NCBI GenBank assembly: GCA_051530055.1 | Contig: CM121342.1 | Location: 12,229,480-12,293,479 of the forward strand | Direction of reading: 5' to 3' | Length of the DNA: 64,000 bases | Origin: Neoechinorhynchus agilis | Taxonomy: Eukaryota; Animalia; Acanthocephala | Shown here: positions 11,730 to 23,401 of the stretch, in pieces | Layout of the letters: each line of letters opens with the position of its first letter | Position numbering within the stretch: the stretch's first letter is position 1 | The notes under the pieces: generated by a model | Database searches by the model: none | Told to the model about the DNA's origin: nothing | What the model saw: the letters and a program-made list of their open reading frames with translations, nothing else | Made by a program: the position numbers and the translations under genes

Positions 11730-14149
11730 ATGACCGCACCCTTACTTGAATCGAGGATCAAACGACTCGATCAAGGTGTTATTTCCGTTTTGGCTGCTGG
11801 TGAAGTTCTCCATCGACCAATGAACGCAATCAAAGAACTGATTGAGAACAGTATAGATGCTCAGGCCAATCACGTCACTGTAACAATGGACAGCATTAGC
11901 CGATTTCATATTCGAGATGACGGTACCGGAATCGCACTTGAAGAATTCGACGTTATATGTCATCGGTACACAACAAGTAAATTGCAAAAATATGAAGACC
12001 TTCAAAACATTAGAACTCTTGGCTTTCGAGGAGAGGCTCTAAGTAGTCTTTGTCAGGTTGCAAGGGTGACCATAAGTTCAAAAAGAAAAGATATGGATGT
12101 TGGGTATACTGTTAGATATTTTGATGGGACAGGATCACCAACCAGTACTCCGGTACCAAGGGCAATGAACAACGGCACTCACATTCAAGTCGATAGTTTA
12201 TTCGTTGGTAAGTCCATGAATGATCGGTCTTTGTTTTTAAGATCTGAGCAACATGAAATGCAGTCGATTCATAATATGATTTGCCAATTTGCTATTCATT
12301 ATAATCAAGTAGCGTTCATTTTAAGGAGACGAATCAAGAATGAGTTCGTACAGATATCACGGTGTTGAACATTTGTAGCTTCAGTTTATGTATTTATAGT
12401 TCTTAAACTTCAAAATCGTGATTATAGAGGAAATTAGCACACTTGGAAATGGGGAAAAATCAGGCCTAGTAAATTCTCTTGTTATGAAAAGACGATTTCC
12501 GCTTGCAATTCAAACTGCGAAGAACTTTAACTTTAAGGGCGCTAAGTTCAGTTTTGACGGAATAATTATACCCGTCTATACATCGACCGTGGATCTATCT
12601 AGCGACAATCACAAAGCACTGTCATTTGTTCTTTTCGTTAATGACAGAGCCGTGGACTGTAAGGCAATGAGAAAAGCACTTCAATCGATAGCTGGTTTCA
12701 TTTATTTGAACGTTAGAATCTCTTCTGAACTAGTAGACGTGAATGTTCATCCTGCAAAAAGTGAGGTTTCGTTCCTTTGCGAAGATGCACTTATCGTCGA
12801 TATATGCCAAACATGTGAGCAGCTTCTTAGTCCACAATCTCAAAACGCGAACGTGCAAATCTCTCAGGACGAACAAATGAACATTTTTAACAGAAAACGT
12901 ATTGAACACAATTCAAGTCGATTCTCGTATGTTTCTGACAATCATGAGTCATTAGGGCAAAAATTCTCAGTGATGCGTGTTAATATTCAGATTCGAATTG
13001 TTAATGCCGGCATTTTTAATGACGAGATTTGAGATCCTTACCATCAGCAGCCGTTAAAAATTATGTTGAGAAGCATTAGCTATGATGTGTTAGGAAAACA
13101 GTGTTTGAAATTGGAGGTCAGGGACGCTTCTGATTTCTTCTCTACGCAGTTGGGTTAAAAATTCAATTTTAACTTTGGGATCTTTATGTTTTAGATCTTT
13201 CTTGTTATTTATTAGGTTGAGAATTTTGCTATAGACATGAGGTCCATGTTCACTACTAAAATATCCCGCATTTGTTCCAATTCATCTCGACGACAATGCT
13301 GCTTGGACAGCGTTCGCTATCTTCTTGACGATGTGAACAGCCGAACGAACAATGAGTGTCTTGAATACATCAGAAGTGCTTCTTTGGTTGGATTGATGTT
13401 TGCGGATAAATGCCTTGCTCAATGTGGCATATATCTCTGTGCATTTGATGTCGACATTCTAACTCGTCATTTATTTTACCAATTGGCTCTTAAAGAATTC
13501 GGAAACTTTGGTCGCATTGATTTTAAACGCCCGGTTTCTCTAAATAAGCTGGTGAGTGTGGGACTCGAAAATCGACGGGAATACCAATCCGCGTGTTGGA
13601 CGGTCGACGACTGTACAATCGTTTCAATAGAAGACCAGAACATTGACGTAGCTTTAGTTCTCAGTGGAGTCATTGTTTCTAAGTGAGAACTGAATCGACC
13701 TACAGGCAGCTGTTAACAATCTGATTACTCAGTCCCAACTCTTATATGATTACTTTAATATCGCAATAGCTGAAGACGATGCGACACTCTGTAGCATGCC
13801 TCTTTTAATGAACGGAATGGACCTCAGTAAATTTCAACTCGTCAAGCTGCCATTTTTCATTTTATTGCTAGGTGTCCGAGTTCCATGGGCCTCAGGAAAC
13901 GAACAAAGTTGTCTCAAAGAAGTATGCTCGCTTCTAGGATCATTGTATTCGTGGAACGATGTTGGAGACACATTGAGTGATCGAGATTGCGATGAAGCAA
14001 AAAGTGCGTTCCAATCAATTCAAGAAAAGTTCGCCGAAATGGTATTTCCGGTTATTCAATCAGAGCTAAAACCAACGTTTCCAATAAATGCATTTTCTTC
14101 GGACATTACGGAAATATCCAAGCTCTATAAAGTCTTTGAACGGTGTTGA
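11730..14149 (+). CDS. MLH1: DNA mismatch repair protein MLH1, multi-exon, divergent
   Basis: GHKL ATPase motifs AAGEVLHRPMNAIKELIENSID, DDGTGI, TTSKL and GFRGEAL; DVNVHPAKSEV; LFYQ..KEFGNFG; terminal LYKVFERC signature. Confidence 0.93.
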
Positions 14150-14220
14150 ACTTTGTCGTAATAAATTTGAGTTAGCCCTTTTCTAAATGTCAAATTGTGA
14201 TGATGATAATCCCTTTTTGA

Positions 14221-14320
14221 AAGGTTTTTTATTGCTAAGATATATTTTGCGGGTAAAGTATTTTTACAATGACTGATGAGGTGACGTTTCCTCGCGAAAT
14301 ATATCTTAAATAAAAACCTT
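14221..14320 (+). other. Inverted-repeat hairpin containing a CTGATGA...GAAA hammerhead-like core
   Basis: AAGGTTTTTTATT..TAAGATATAT pairs with ATATATCTTA.AATAAAAACCTT; CTGATGA at 14273-14279 and GAAA at 14296-14299. Confidence 0.4.
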
Positions 14321-14353
14321 AAAACCGAAATTGTTATCACCGCAATTCAAAAT

Positions 14354-14665
14354 TTACCCTCCCGAAGGACCTTCTCGATATGACTTTTTTCTAAATGTTA
14401 AAATCTCTGACAATTTACAGTAAATCAATAACGAGATGACATATGGCAAGGCTTTGACAATAATTTTTGGCGAATTTTCTTTGATTTTATACTTGAATTT
14501 TTGAAGATTGATCATTTGATCATTGACGCTTGATTTACATGCGACAAATAGAAAATTGCAGGGAGAAAATCCTTCTGAGATGAAAAGTTTAAATTGTGGT
14601 AAATGACCGACGAGGCGAAGTTTCTTTGCAAAATATTTGATATCAATATCCGTTCTTTCGACCAT
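14354..14665 (-). CDS. Possible hypothetical protein (103 aa)
   Basis: Open ATG-initiated frame convergent with MLH1; no recognisable domain. Confidence 0.25.
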   Translation of the reverse strand: MVERTDIDIKYFAKKLRLVGHLPQFKLFISEGFSPCNFLFVACKSSVNDQMINLQKFKYKIKENSPKIIVKALPYVISLLIYCKLSEILTFRKKSYREGPSGG

Positions 14666-15224
14666 TACAATGGGGCGGCAGATGAGTGATCCAGAGTGGT
14701 GGCGTGAATGTATGTAGATTCTTGTCGAAAAACGATAAAGAATTGCCGTTGTAAATATCTTTTATCCGTGATTATCATCACTACAATTCAAACATTAAAA
14801 AATTATTTGAGCTATTTCGACCCGGTTTCCAACACAAAAATAGAGGCTTAACGAAGATTGAAAAAGGAGAAATGCTTATCAACGTTAATCTGTCAATTGA
14901 TACGTATCACTTTTAATGATTCTGAGTTGTTTAAGCCTTAATGAAGATCCGCGAAGATCTGAACAACTCATAATTATCTTCGTTCATCTCAGTTTTATAC
15001 TGTTTTTCAAATTATATCGATGTGTGGCCTTTTATGACACGGTTGTTAATTTTTTTGGACACACAGCCCACCGACCTGGTTCAGAGTAGTAATTCAATTA
15101 CTCAAAGCATTAAGTACACCGTCTTATGTTCCAATAGAATATCTGTATTAAGGCTAAACAATACTTACCTACCGATTTCAGTTTGATATTTGAACGAGTA
15201 GAGTTAGGTTCGATTGCAAATTAA

Positions 15225-15304
15225 TAAATCTTGGGACTCGGTTGGACGACGAAACTTTAAGGATCTCTGTCGCCCTGGGATTGGGTCTTGCAATATGCAC
15301 GCAA
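15225..15304 (+). mobile_element. Left part of an interrupted CRE-like non-LTR retrotransposon 3' fragment
   Basis: Encodes LGTRLDDETLRISVALGLGLAICTQ, the segment preceding the Cys/His motif and RLE nuclease; compare TLSDETVRIAVSLRLLVPMCASHC of the copy at 52.9 kb. Confidence 0.75.
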
Positions 15305-17520
15305 TTGGCGAATCCTGCCCCCGGTGCTTTCGTTACTCATTTATATTCGAAATATTTCTCACGCTTGCTCTCTTGCCTCTTCAGTCGATATCTAAAATGG
15401 AGATATGGACACGCGCTTGCCGGTCACCCGGGTGTGTTTCGTAGATCCGCGGGTTTAGCACACTCGAGGTAGGAGTCCTGGCGCACACTCTTGTGCATCG
15501 TCGACTAATTTGCCCGTCATGCTTACGCAACATTGGTAGCACCAGCGTATGGTTAGATTTGTTGCCTTCCATCGTCGAATTTCCTCGGATGTGAATGGCC
15601 TTTTCAGAATCAGTCTTCCTCAGATTCGGTTCCCTGGTTAGAAATGCCGCCTTTTCGAAAACCCCGTGTTGGATTGTTTGCTGGTGGTCTGATATGGCAG
15701 AGGATTTATCGAATGTCCTGCATGCTTGTTTGTGCTGCGAGATCCGCTTTCTGATCCCTTGCATGGTTTGTCCAATGTAGACCTTTGGGCATTCTGCACA
15801 TGGGATTTTGTATATCCCTGATTTTGCCTCTTGACTGGGTTTCCTCTTGAGAATGCCCGCAATGGATGCGCCCCGTTTGTTGTAGATAAAGAGATTTGGA
15901 ACGAGGTAGCGCCTCAGTTTTCCGGTCGCATTGTCACTTATGTGGTTGAAGCCAGCGTATTTGGGGGAGATGTTTGCGGTATCCTTCTTCTTGCGATGCC
16001 CGCTATGTGTTGCCTTTTTCAGGCTGATTTTGATGGCATATTCAGGGAAGCCTCGTGATCTGAGAACTTTTGTGATACTTTGTTTTTCTTCTTCACAATC
16101 CCTGCTTTCTGAAGAAATCATCCTGGCCCTCTTGAAGTAGGACGTTACCGCTGTGATTTTGTAGTGGAATGGTTGGTGGTTCGATCAGTAAGGTGGACCC
16201 CATGGTATAGCTGGCTTGCGGTAGAGCTGTGTTTTAATGTTGCCTTTATCATCGTGTTTTATCCTTACGTCCAAAAAGGAGATAGCACCCTCTTCGTCAT
16301 CCTGAGTCATTGACCACTGGATGTTTGGATCCTGCATGTTGAGTGGAATGCTTAGGTCTCTCATGCTCGTTTCATCATCAGTGACTATGAACACGTCGTC
16401 AATATAGCGATACCACTTTTTGATGTTGGGTTGCTTCTTCATGAAGTTGTTTTCCCATCTTCTCATGTAGAGATCAGCTAGAGTGGGTGCCAGAGGTCAA
16501 CTCCGTCGCGTTGTTCATAGAAAACTTGATCGAATTCAAAAACGGTCTTGCATGTGCACCACTGCAGTAGAGTTGTCCACGTTTTATTATCCAGGCGCGG
16601 TTCTTCGCATTGATTGTGTAGAAGTTCAGCTGCTATGGAAATTGTCTCCTGAAGTGGGATGTTGGTAAATAAGGACGTTACGTCGGCCGTGAAGAATTTG
16701 CACTGTTCATACTTTTCCAGTCGCATTCGAGTTGCAAAGGAAGGACCGTCAGCTATGTAGGACGGAGTGTTCGGCATGACGCTTCTTATTAGTGCATTGA
16801 TTTTTCGGGCCAAACGATGATTGAAGGCATTGTAACTGGCTATTATTGGTCGGTATTGTATCGTTGGTTTGTGTATTTTTGGGGAAAGATACAAGAAGGA
16901 AGCACTGGCTGTGGAAGACCTCGTCTGTTGATAAAAGTGCTCAGTGATCGAGTTATTTTTCCGTAGAGTCCTCAATAATGCATTTAGTTGTGTCTCCCGT
17001 TTTTCTGTTGGATTGGCACTGAGTTTGACGAACTTGCCAGAGTCCAGCAGACTGTGGGCCGCATCTTTATACTCTTCAGTATCTACTGCAACTAGGGCAC
17101 GTCCTGTGTCAGATTTAAGGATTGTAACTGTCTGGTCATTCTTAAGTTGTTTGATTACTGTGCATTCCGGATTACAGATCCCTTGTACCCGTCTCTCAAA
17201 GTGATCATATCATATTCTGCTGCTTCATAAGTTACGTTTGGAGCGGCATGTATGAGTAGTTCGGTGTCACATCTAATCTGTGTTTCACATATTCGCCGTT
17301 TAACAATGTAATCAGGACCTTTGCTCAATAAGGCATCTTCCTCTTCCGTAAAAATTCGTTTGGACTTGTTGAGAAAATATGTATCTGCCTTAGGGATGTT
17401 TGGTCGCAGTCGATCCAACTTCTTGCTATGTCGTTTCTTAATCTCCAGTGTTTGGGCATTTATTCGCTCATTAACGTATCCATTTAGCCACATAATATCG
17501 TCATAGTCAAGAGTGCGTGT
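15305..17520 (-). pseudogene. PLE copy A: inverted, 5'-truncated, frameshifted, the most diverged copy
   Basis: ORF pieces 15381-16121, 16185-16466, 16478-16975 and 17155-17571 match the 826-aa protein with indels and substitutions. Confidence 0.9.
15343..15391 (-). ncRNA. Variant hammerhead motif in copy A with altered stem II
   Basis: Minus strand reads ATATCGA-CTGAAGA-GGCAAGAGAGCAAGCGTGA-GAAA-TATT-TCGAATAT; core and stem I intact, stem II does not fold cleanly. Confidence 0.5.
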
Positions 17521-18175
17521 GCCTGAAAAAGGCAACACATAGCGGGCATCGCAAGAAGAAGGATACCGCAAACATCTCCCCCAAATACGCTGGCTTCAAC
17601 CACATAAGTGACAATGCGACCGGAAAACTGAGGCGCCTGAACCACCTCGTTCCAAATCTCTTTATCTACAACAAACGGGGCGCATCCATTGCGGGCATTC
17701 TCAAGAGGAAACCCAGTCAAGAGGCAAAATCAGGGATATACAAAATCCCATGTGCAGAATGCCCAAAGGTCTATATTGGACAAACCATGCAAGGGATCAG
17801 AAAGCGGATCTCGCAGCACAAACAAGCATGCAGGACATTCGATAAATCCTCTGCCATATCGAACCACCAGCAAACAATCCAGCACAGGGTAGATTTCGAA
17901 AAGGCGGCATTCCTAACCAGGGAACCGAATCTGAGGAGAAGACTGATTCTGGAAGCCATTCACATCCGAGGAAATTCGACGATGGAAGGCAACAAATCTA
18001 ACCATACGCTGGTGCTACCAATGTTGCGTAGCATGACGGGCAAATTAGTCGGCAACAAACCGCAAGAGGTGTGCGCGGATGGAACTCCCCACACTTCGGG
18101 TATTAGCAAACCCGCGGATCTGAGCTACACCCAGACGTGACCGGCTGTGCATGATGTACATATCCTCCATTTTAG

Positions 18176-18222
18176 ATATCGACTGAAGAGGCAAGGAAAA
18201 CCTTGTGAAATATTTCGAATAT
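18176..18222 (+). ncRNA. Minimal type I hammerhead ribozyme (PLE pLTR)
   Basis: Stem I ATATCGA/TCGAATAT (one bulge); core CTGAAGA; extra G; stem II GCAAGG-AAAA-CCTTGT; GAAA; palindromic ATAT helix III; AUU cleavage site predicted at 18214/18215. Confidence 0.8.
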
Positions 18223-18224
18223 AA

Positions 18225-20462
18225 ATGAGTAACGAAAGCACCGGGGGCAGGATTCGCCAACGCACAATCAAATTCACCCCGAGGACAATGATATATGACA
18301 TTAAAAAACAGTATGGCGATAACTGTACGAAGGGCATTAGCCACCTGTTAAAAATGGAGATTAGGCTTCTTAGCATCAAGCAAGGCCTTAAATTCATGCA
18401 GACATGTAGGGACGAGAACTTAACACCGATGTGTGTCCGACTAAAATCAGGCATAATTGGATTCCATGGATCATCACTGCAGCGCTCCTTTGAAAGACAA
18501 TTATTGAACTTCGCCATTGTAGAGATGAGGAAACGAATATGTCACATTAAGAACGATTCCATGAGCACATGGGAATATCTTACACGCACTCTTGACTATG
18601 ACGATATTATGTGGCTAAATGGATACGTTAATGAGCGAATAAATGCCCAAACACTGGAGATTAAGAAACGACATAGCAAGAAGTTGGATCGACTGCGACC
18701 AAACATCCCTAAGGTAGATACATATTTTCTCAACAAGTCCAAACGAATTTTTACGGAAGAGGAAGATGCCTTATTGAGCAAAGGTCCTGATTACATTGTT
18801 AAACGGCGAATATGTGAAACCCAGATTAGATGTGACACCGAGCTACTCATACATACCGCTCCAAACGTAACCTGTGAAGCAGCAGAATATGATATGATCG
18901 CGAGGGCCGGGAACAAGGGTATCTGTAATCCGGAATGCACAGTAATCAAACAACTTAAGAATGACCAGACAGTTACAATCCTTAAATCTGACAAAGGACG
19001 TGCCCTAGTTGCAGTAGATACTGAAGAGTATAAAGATGCGGCCCACAGTCTGCTGGACTCTGGCAAGTTCGTCAAACTCAGTGCCAATCCAACAGAAAAA
19101 CGGGAGACACAACTAAATGCATTATTGAGGACTCTACGGAAAAATAACTCGATCACTGAGCACTTTTATCAACAGACGAGGTCTTCCACAGCCAGGGCTT
19201 CCTTCTTGTATCTTTCCCCAAAAATACACAAACCAACGATACAATACCGACCAATAATAGCCAGTTACAATGCCTTCAATCATCGTTTGGCCCGAAAAAT
19301 CAATGCACTAATAAGAAGCGTCATGCCGAACACTCCGTCCTACATAGCTGACGGTCCTTCCTTTGCAACTCGAATGCGACTGGAAAAGTATGAACAGTGC
19401 AAATTCTTCACGGCCGACGTAACGTCCTTATTTACCAACATCCCACTTCAGGAGACAATTTCCATAGCAGCTGAACTTCTACACAATCAATGCGAAGAAC
19501 CGCGCCTGGATAATAAAACGTGGACAACTCTACTGCAGTGGTGCACATGCAAGACCGTTTTTGAATTCGATCAAGTTTTCTATGAACAACGCGACGGAGT
19601 TGCAATGGGTTCACCTCTGGCACCCACTCTAGCTGATCTCTACATGAGAAGATGGGAAAACAACTTCATGAAGAAGCAACCCAACATCAAAAAGTGGTAT
19701 CGCTATGTTGACGACGTGTTCATAGTCACTGATGATGAAACGAGCATGAGAGACCTAAGCATTCCACTCAACATGCAGGATCCAAACATCCAGTGGTCAA
19801 TGACTCAGGAAGATGAAGAGGGGGCTATCTCCTTTTTGGACGTAAGGATAAAACACGATGATAAAGGCAACATCAAAACACAGCTCTACCGCAAGCCAGG
19901 TATACCATGGGGTCCACCTCACTGGTCGAGCCACCAACCGTTCCACTATAAAATAACAGCGGCAACGTCCTACTTCAAGAGGGCCAGGATGATTTCTTCA
20001 GAAAGCAGGGATTGGGAAGAAGAAAAACAAAGTATCACAAAAGTTCTCAGATCACGAGGCTTCCCTGAATATGCCATCAAAATCAGCCTGAAAAAGGCAA
20101 CACATAGCGGGCATCGCAAGAAGAAGGATACCGCAAACATCTCCCCCAAATACACTGGCTTCAACCACATAAGTGACAATGCGACCGGAAAACTGAGGCG
20201 CCTGAACTACCTCGTTCCAAATCTCTTTATCTACAACAAACGGGGCGCATCCATTGCGGGCATTCTCAAGAGGAAACCCAGTCAAGAGGCAAAATCAGGG
20301 ATATACAAAATCCCATGTGCAGAATGCCCTAAGGTCTACATTGGACAAACCATGCAAGGGATCAGAAAGCGGATCTCGCAGCACAAACAAGCATGCAGGA
20401 CATTCGATAAATCCTCTGCCATATCGAAATGTCTATGTCATATATCATTGTCCTCGGGGTGA
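18225..20462 (+). CDS. PLE copy B RT-GIY-YIG ORF, 3'-truncated at 20428
   Basis: Near-identical to ORF 23402-25882 up to ...DKSSAIS, then runs into inverted copy C. Confidence 0.9.
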   Translation: MSNESTGGRIRQRTIKFTPRTMIYDIKKQYGDNCTKGISHLLKMEIRLLSIKQGLKFMQTCRDENLTPMCVRLKSGIIGFHGSSLQRSFERQLLNFAIVEMRKRICHIKNDSMSTWEYLTRTLDYDDIMWLNGYVNERINAQTLEIKKRHSKKLDRLRPNIPKVDTYFLNKSKRIFTEEEDALLSKGPDYIVKRRICETQIRCDTELLIHTAPNVTCEAAEYDMIARAGNKGICNPECTVIKQLKNDQTVTILKSDKGRALVAVDTEEYKDAAHSLLDSGKFVKLSANPTEKRETQLNALLRTLRKNNSITEHFYQQTRSSTARASFLYLSPKIHKPTIQYRPIIASYNAFNHRLARKINALIRSVMPNTPSYIADGPSFATRMRLEKYEQCKFFTADVTSLFTNIPLQETISIAAELLHNQCEEPRLDNKTWTTLLQWCTCKTVFEFDQVFYEQRDGVAMGSPLAPTLADLYMRRWENNFMKKQPNIKKWYRYVDDVFIVTDDETSMRDLSIPLNMQDPNIQWSMTQEDEEGAISFLDVRIKHDDKGNIKTQLYRKPGIPWGPPHWSSHQPFHYKITAATSYFKRARMISSESRDWEEEKQSITKVLRSRGFPEYAIKISLKKATHSGHRKKKDTANISPKYTGFNHISDNATGKLRRLNYLVPNLFIYNKRGASIAGILKRKPSQEAKSGIYKIPCAECPKVYIGQTMQGIRKRISQHKQACRTFDKSSAISKCLCHISLSSG

Positions 20463-22810
20463 ATTTGATTGTGCGTTGGCGAATCCTGCCCCCGGTGCTT
20501 TCGTTACTCATTTATATTCGAAATATTTCACAAGGTTTTCCTTGCCTCTTCAGTCGATATCTAAAATGGAGGATATGGACATCATGCACAGCCGGTCACG
20601 TCTGGGTGTAGCTCAGATCCGCGGGTTTCAATACCCGAAGTGTGGGGAGTTCCATCCGCGCACACCTCTTGCGGTTTGTTGCCGACTAATTTGCCCGTCA
20701 TGCTACGCAACATTGGTAGCACCAGCGTATGGTTAGATTTGTTGCCTTCCATCGTCGAATTTCCTCGGATGTGAATGGCTTCCAGAATCAGTCTTCTCCT
20801 CAGATTCGGTTCCCTGGTTAGGAATGCCGCCTTTTCGAAATCTACCCTGTGCTGGATTGTTTGCTGGTGGTTCGATATGGCAGAGGATTTATCGAATGTC
20901 CTGCATGTTCTATTGTGACGAGATCGCTTTTCTGATCCCTTGCATGGTTTGTCCAATGTAGACCTTTGGGCATTCTGCACATGGGTTTTTGTATATCCCT
21001 GATTTTGCCTCTTGACTGGGTTTCCTCTTGAGAATGCCCGCAATGGATGCGCCCCGTTTGTTGTAGATAAAGAGATTTGGAACGAGGTAGTTCAGGCGCC
21101 TCAGTTTTCCGGTCGCATTGTCACTTATGTGGTTGAAGCCAGTGTATTTGGGGGAGATGTTTGCGGTATCCTTCTTCTTGCGATGCCCGCTATGTGTTGC
21201 CTTTTTCAGGCTGATTTTGATGGCATATTCAGGGAAGCCTCGTGATCTGAGAACTTTTGTGATACTTTGTTTTTCTTCTTCCCAATCCCTGCTTTCTGAA
21301 GAAATCATCCTGGCCCTCTTGAAGTAGGACGTTGCCGCTGTTATTTTATAGTGGAACGGTTGGTGGCTCGACCAATGAGGTGGACCCCATGGTATACCTG
21401 GCTTGCGGTAGAGCTGTGTTTTGATGTTGCCTTTATCATCGTGTTTTATCCTTACGTCCAAAAAGGAGATAGCCCCCTCTTCATCTTCCTGAGTCATTGA
21501 CCACTGGATGTTTGGATCCTGCATGTTGAGTGGAATGCTTAGGTCTCTCATGCTCGTTTCATCATCAGTGACTATGAACACGTCGTCAACATAGCGATAC
21601 CACTTTTTGATGTTGGGTTGCTTCTTCATGAAGTTGTTTTCCCATCTTCTCATGTAGAGATCAGCTAGAGTGGGTGCCAGAGGTGAACTCCGTCGCGTTG
21701 TTCATAGAAAACTTGATCGAATTCAAAAACGGTCTTGCATGTGCACCACTGCAGTAGAGTTGTCCACGTTTTATTATCCAGGCGCGGTTCTTCGCATTGA
21801 TTGTGTAGAAGTTCAGCTGCTATGGAAATTGTCTCCTGAAGTGGGATGTTGGTAAATAAGGACGTTACGTCGGCCGTGAAGAATTTGCACTGTTCATACT
21901 TTTCCAGTCGCATTCGAGTTGCAAAGGAAGGACCGTCAGCTATGTAGGACGGAGTGTTCGGCATGACGCTTCTTATTAGTGCATTGATTTTTCGGGCCAA
22001 ACGATGATTGAAGGCATTGTAACTGGCTATTATTGGTCGGTATTGTATCGTTGGTTTGTGTATTTTTGGGGAAAGATACAAGAAGGAAGCCCTGGCTGTG
22101 GAAGACCTCGTCTGTTGATAAAAGTGCTCAGTGATCGAGTTATTTTTCCGTAGAGTCCTCAATAATGCATTTAGTTGTGTCTCCCGTTTTTCTGTTGGAT
22201 TGGCACTGAGTTTGACGAACTTGCCAGAGTCCAGCAGACTGTGGGCCGCATCTTTATACTCTTCAGTATCTACTGCAACTAGGGCACGTCTTTTGTCAGA
22301 TTTAAGGATTGTAACTGTCTGGTCATTCTTAAGTTGTTTGATTACTGTGCATTCCGGATTACAGATACCCTTGTTCCCGGCCCTCGCGATCATATCATAT
22401 TCTGCTGCTTCACAGGTTACGTTTGGAAGCGGTATGTATGAGTAGCTCGGTGTCACATCTAATCTGGGTTTCACATATTCGCCGTTTAACAATGTAATCA
22501 GGACCTTTGCTCAATAAGGCATCTTCCTCTTCCGTAAAAATTCGTTTGGACTTGTTGAGAAAATATGTATCTACCTTAGGGATGTTTGGTCGCAGTCGAT
22601 CCAACTTCTTGCTATGTCGTTTCTTAATCTCCAGTGTTTGGGCATTTATTCGCTCATTAACGTATCCGCTCATGGAATCGTTCTTAATGTGACATATTCG
22701 TTTCCTCATCTCTACAATGGCGAAGTTCAATAATTGTCTTTCAAAGGAGCGCTGCAGTGATGATCCATGGAATCCAATTATGCCTGATTTTAGTCGGACA
22801 CACATCGGTG
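20435..22810 (-). pseudogene. PLE copy C: inverted, 5'-truncated, with small deletions
   Basis: ORF pieces 20582-21043, 20910-21653, 21665-22492 and 22410-22832; 10-bp deletion at 21688 and a ~55-bp deletion near 22666. Confidence 0.9.
20514..20560 (-). ncRNA. Minimal type I hammerhead ribozyme (copy C)
   Basis: Exact reverse complement of 18176-18222. Confidence 0.8.
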
Positions 22811-23352
22811 CGCCTGAACTACCTCGTTCCAAATCTCTTTATCTACAACAAACGGGGCGCATCCATTGCGGGCATTCTCAAGAGGAAACCCAGTCAAGAG
22901 GCAAAATCAGGGATATACAAAATCCCATGTGCTGAATGCCCAAAGGTCTACATTGGACAAACCATGCAAGGGATCAGAAAGCGGATCTCGCAGCACCAAC
23001 AAGCATGCAGGACATTCGATAAATCCTCTGCCATATCGAACCACCAGCAAACAATCCAGCACAGGGTAGATTTCGAAAAGGCGGCATTCCTAACCAGGGA
23101 ACCGAATCTGAGGAGAAGACTGATTCTGGAGGCCATTCACATCCGAGGAAATTCGACGATGGAAGGCAACAAATCTAACCATAGGCTGGTGCTACCAATG
23201 TTGCGTAGCATGACGGGCAAATTAGTCGGCAACAAACCGCAAGAGGTGTGCGCGGATGGAACTCCCCACACTTCGGGTATTAGCAAACCCGCGGATCTGA
23301 GCTACACCCAGACGTGACCGGCTGTGCATGATGTCCATATTCTCCATTTTAG

Positions 23353-23399
23353 ATATCGACTGAAGAGGCAAGGAAAACCTTGTGAAATATTTCGAATAT
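23353..23399 (+). ncRNA. Minimal type I hammerhead ribozyme (upstream of the intact ORF)
   Basis: Same 47-nt motif, ending 2 nt before the ATG at 23402. Confidence 0.8.
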
Positions 23400-23401
23400 A
23401 A

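Noticed and set aside
19733-19746. CTGATGATGAAA inside the RT ORF
   Set aside because: No room for stem II; it encodes TDDET.
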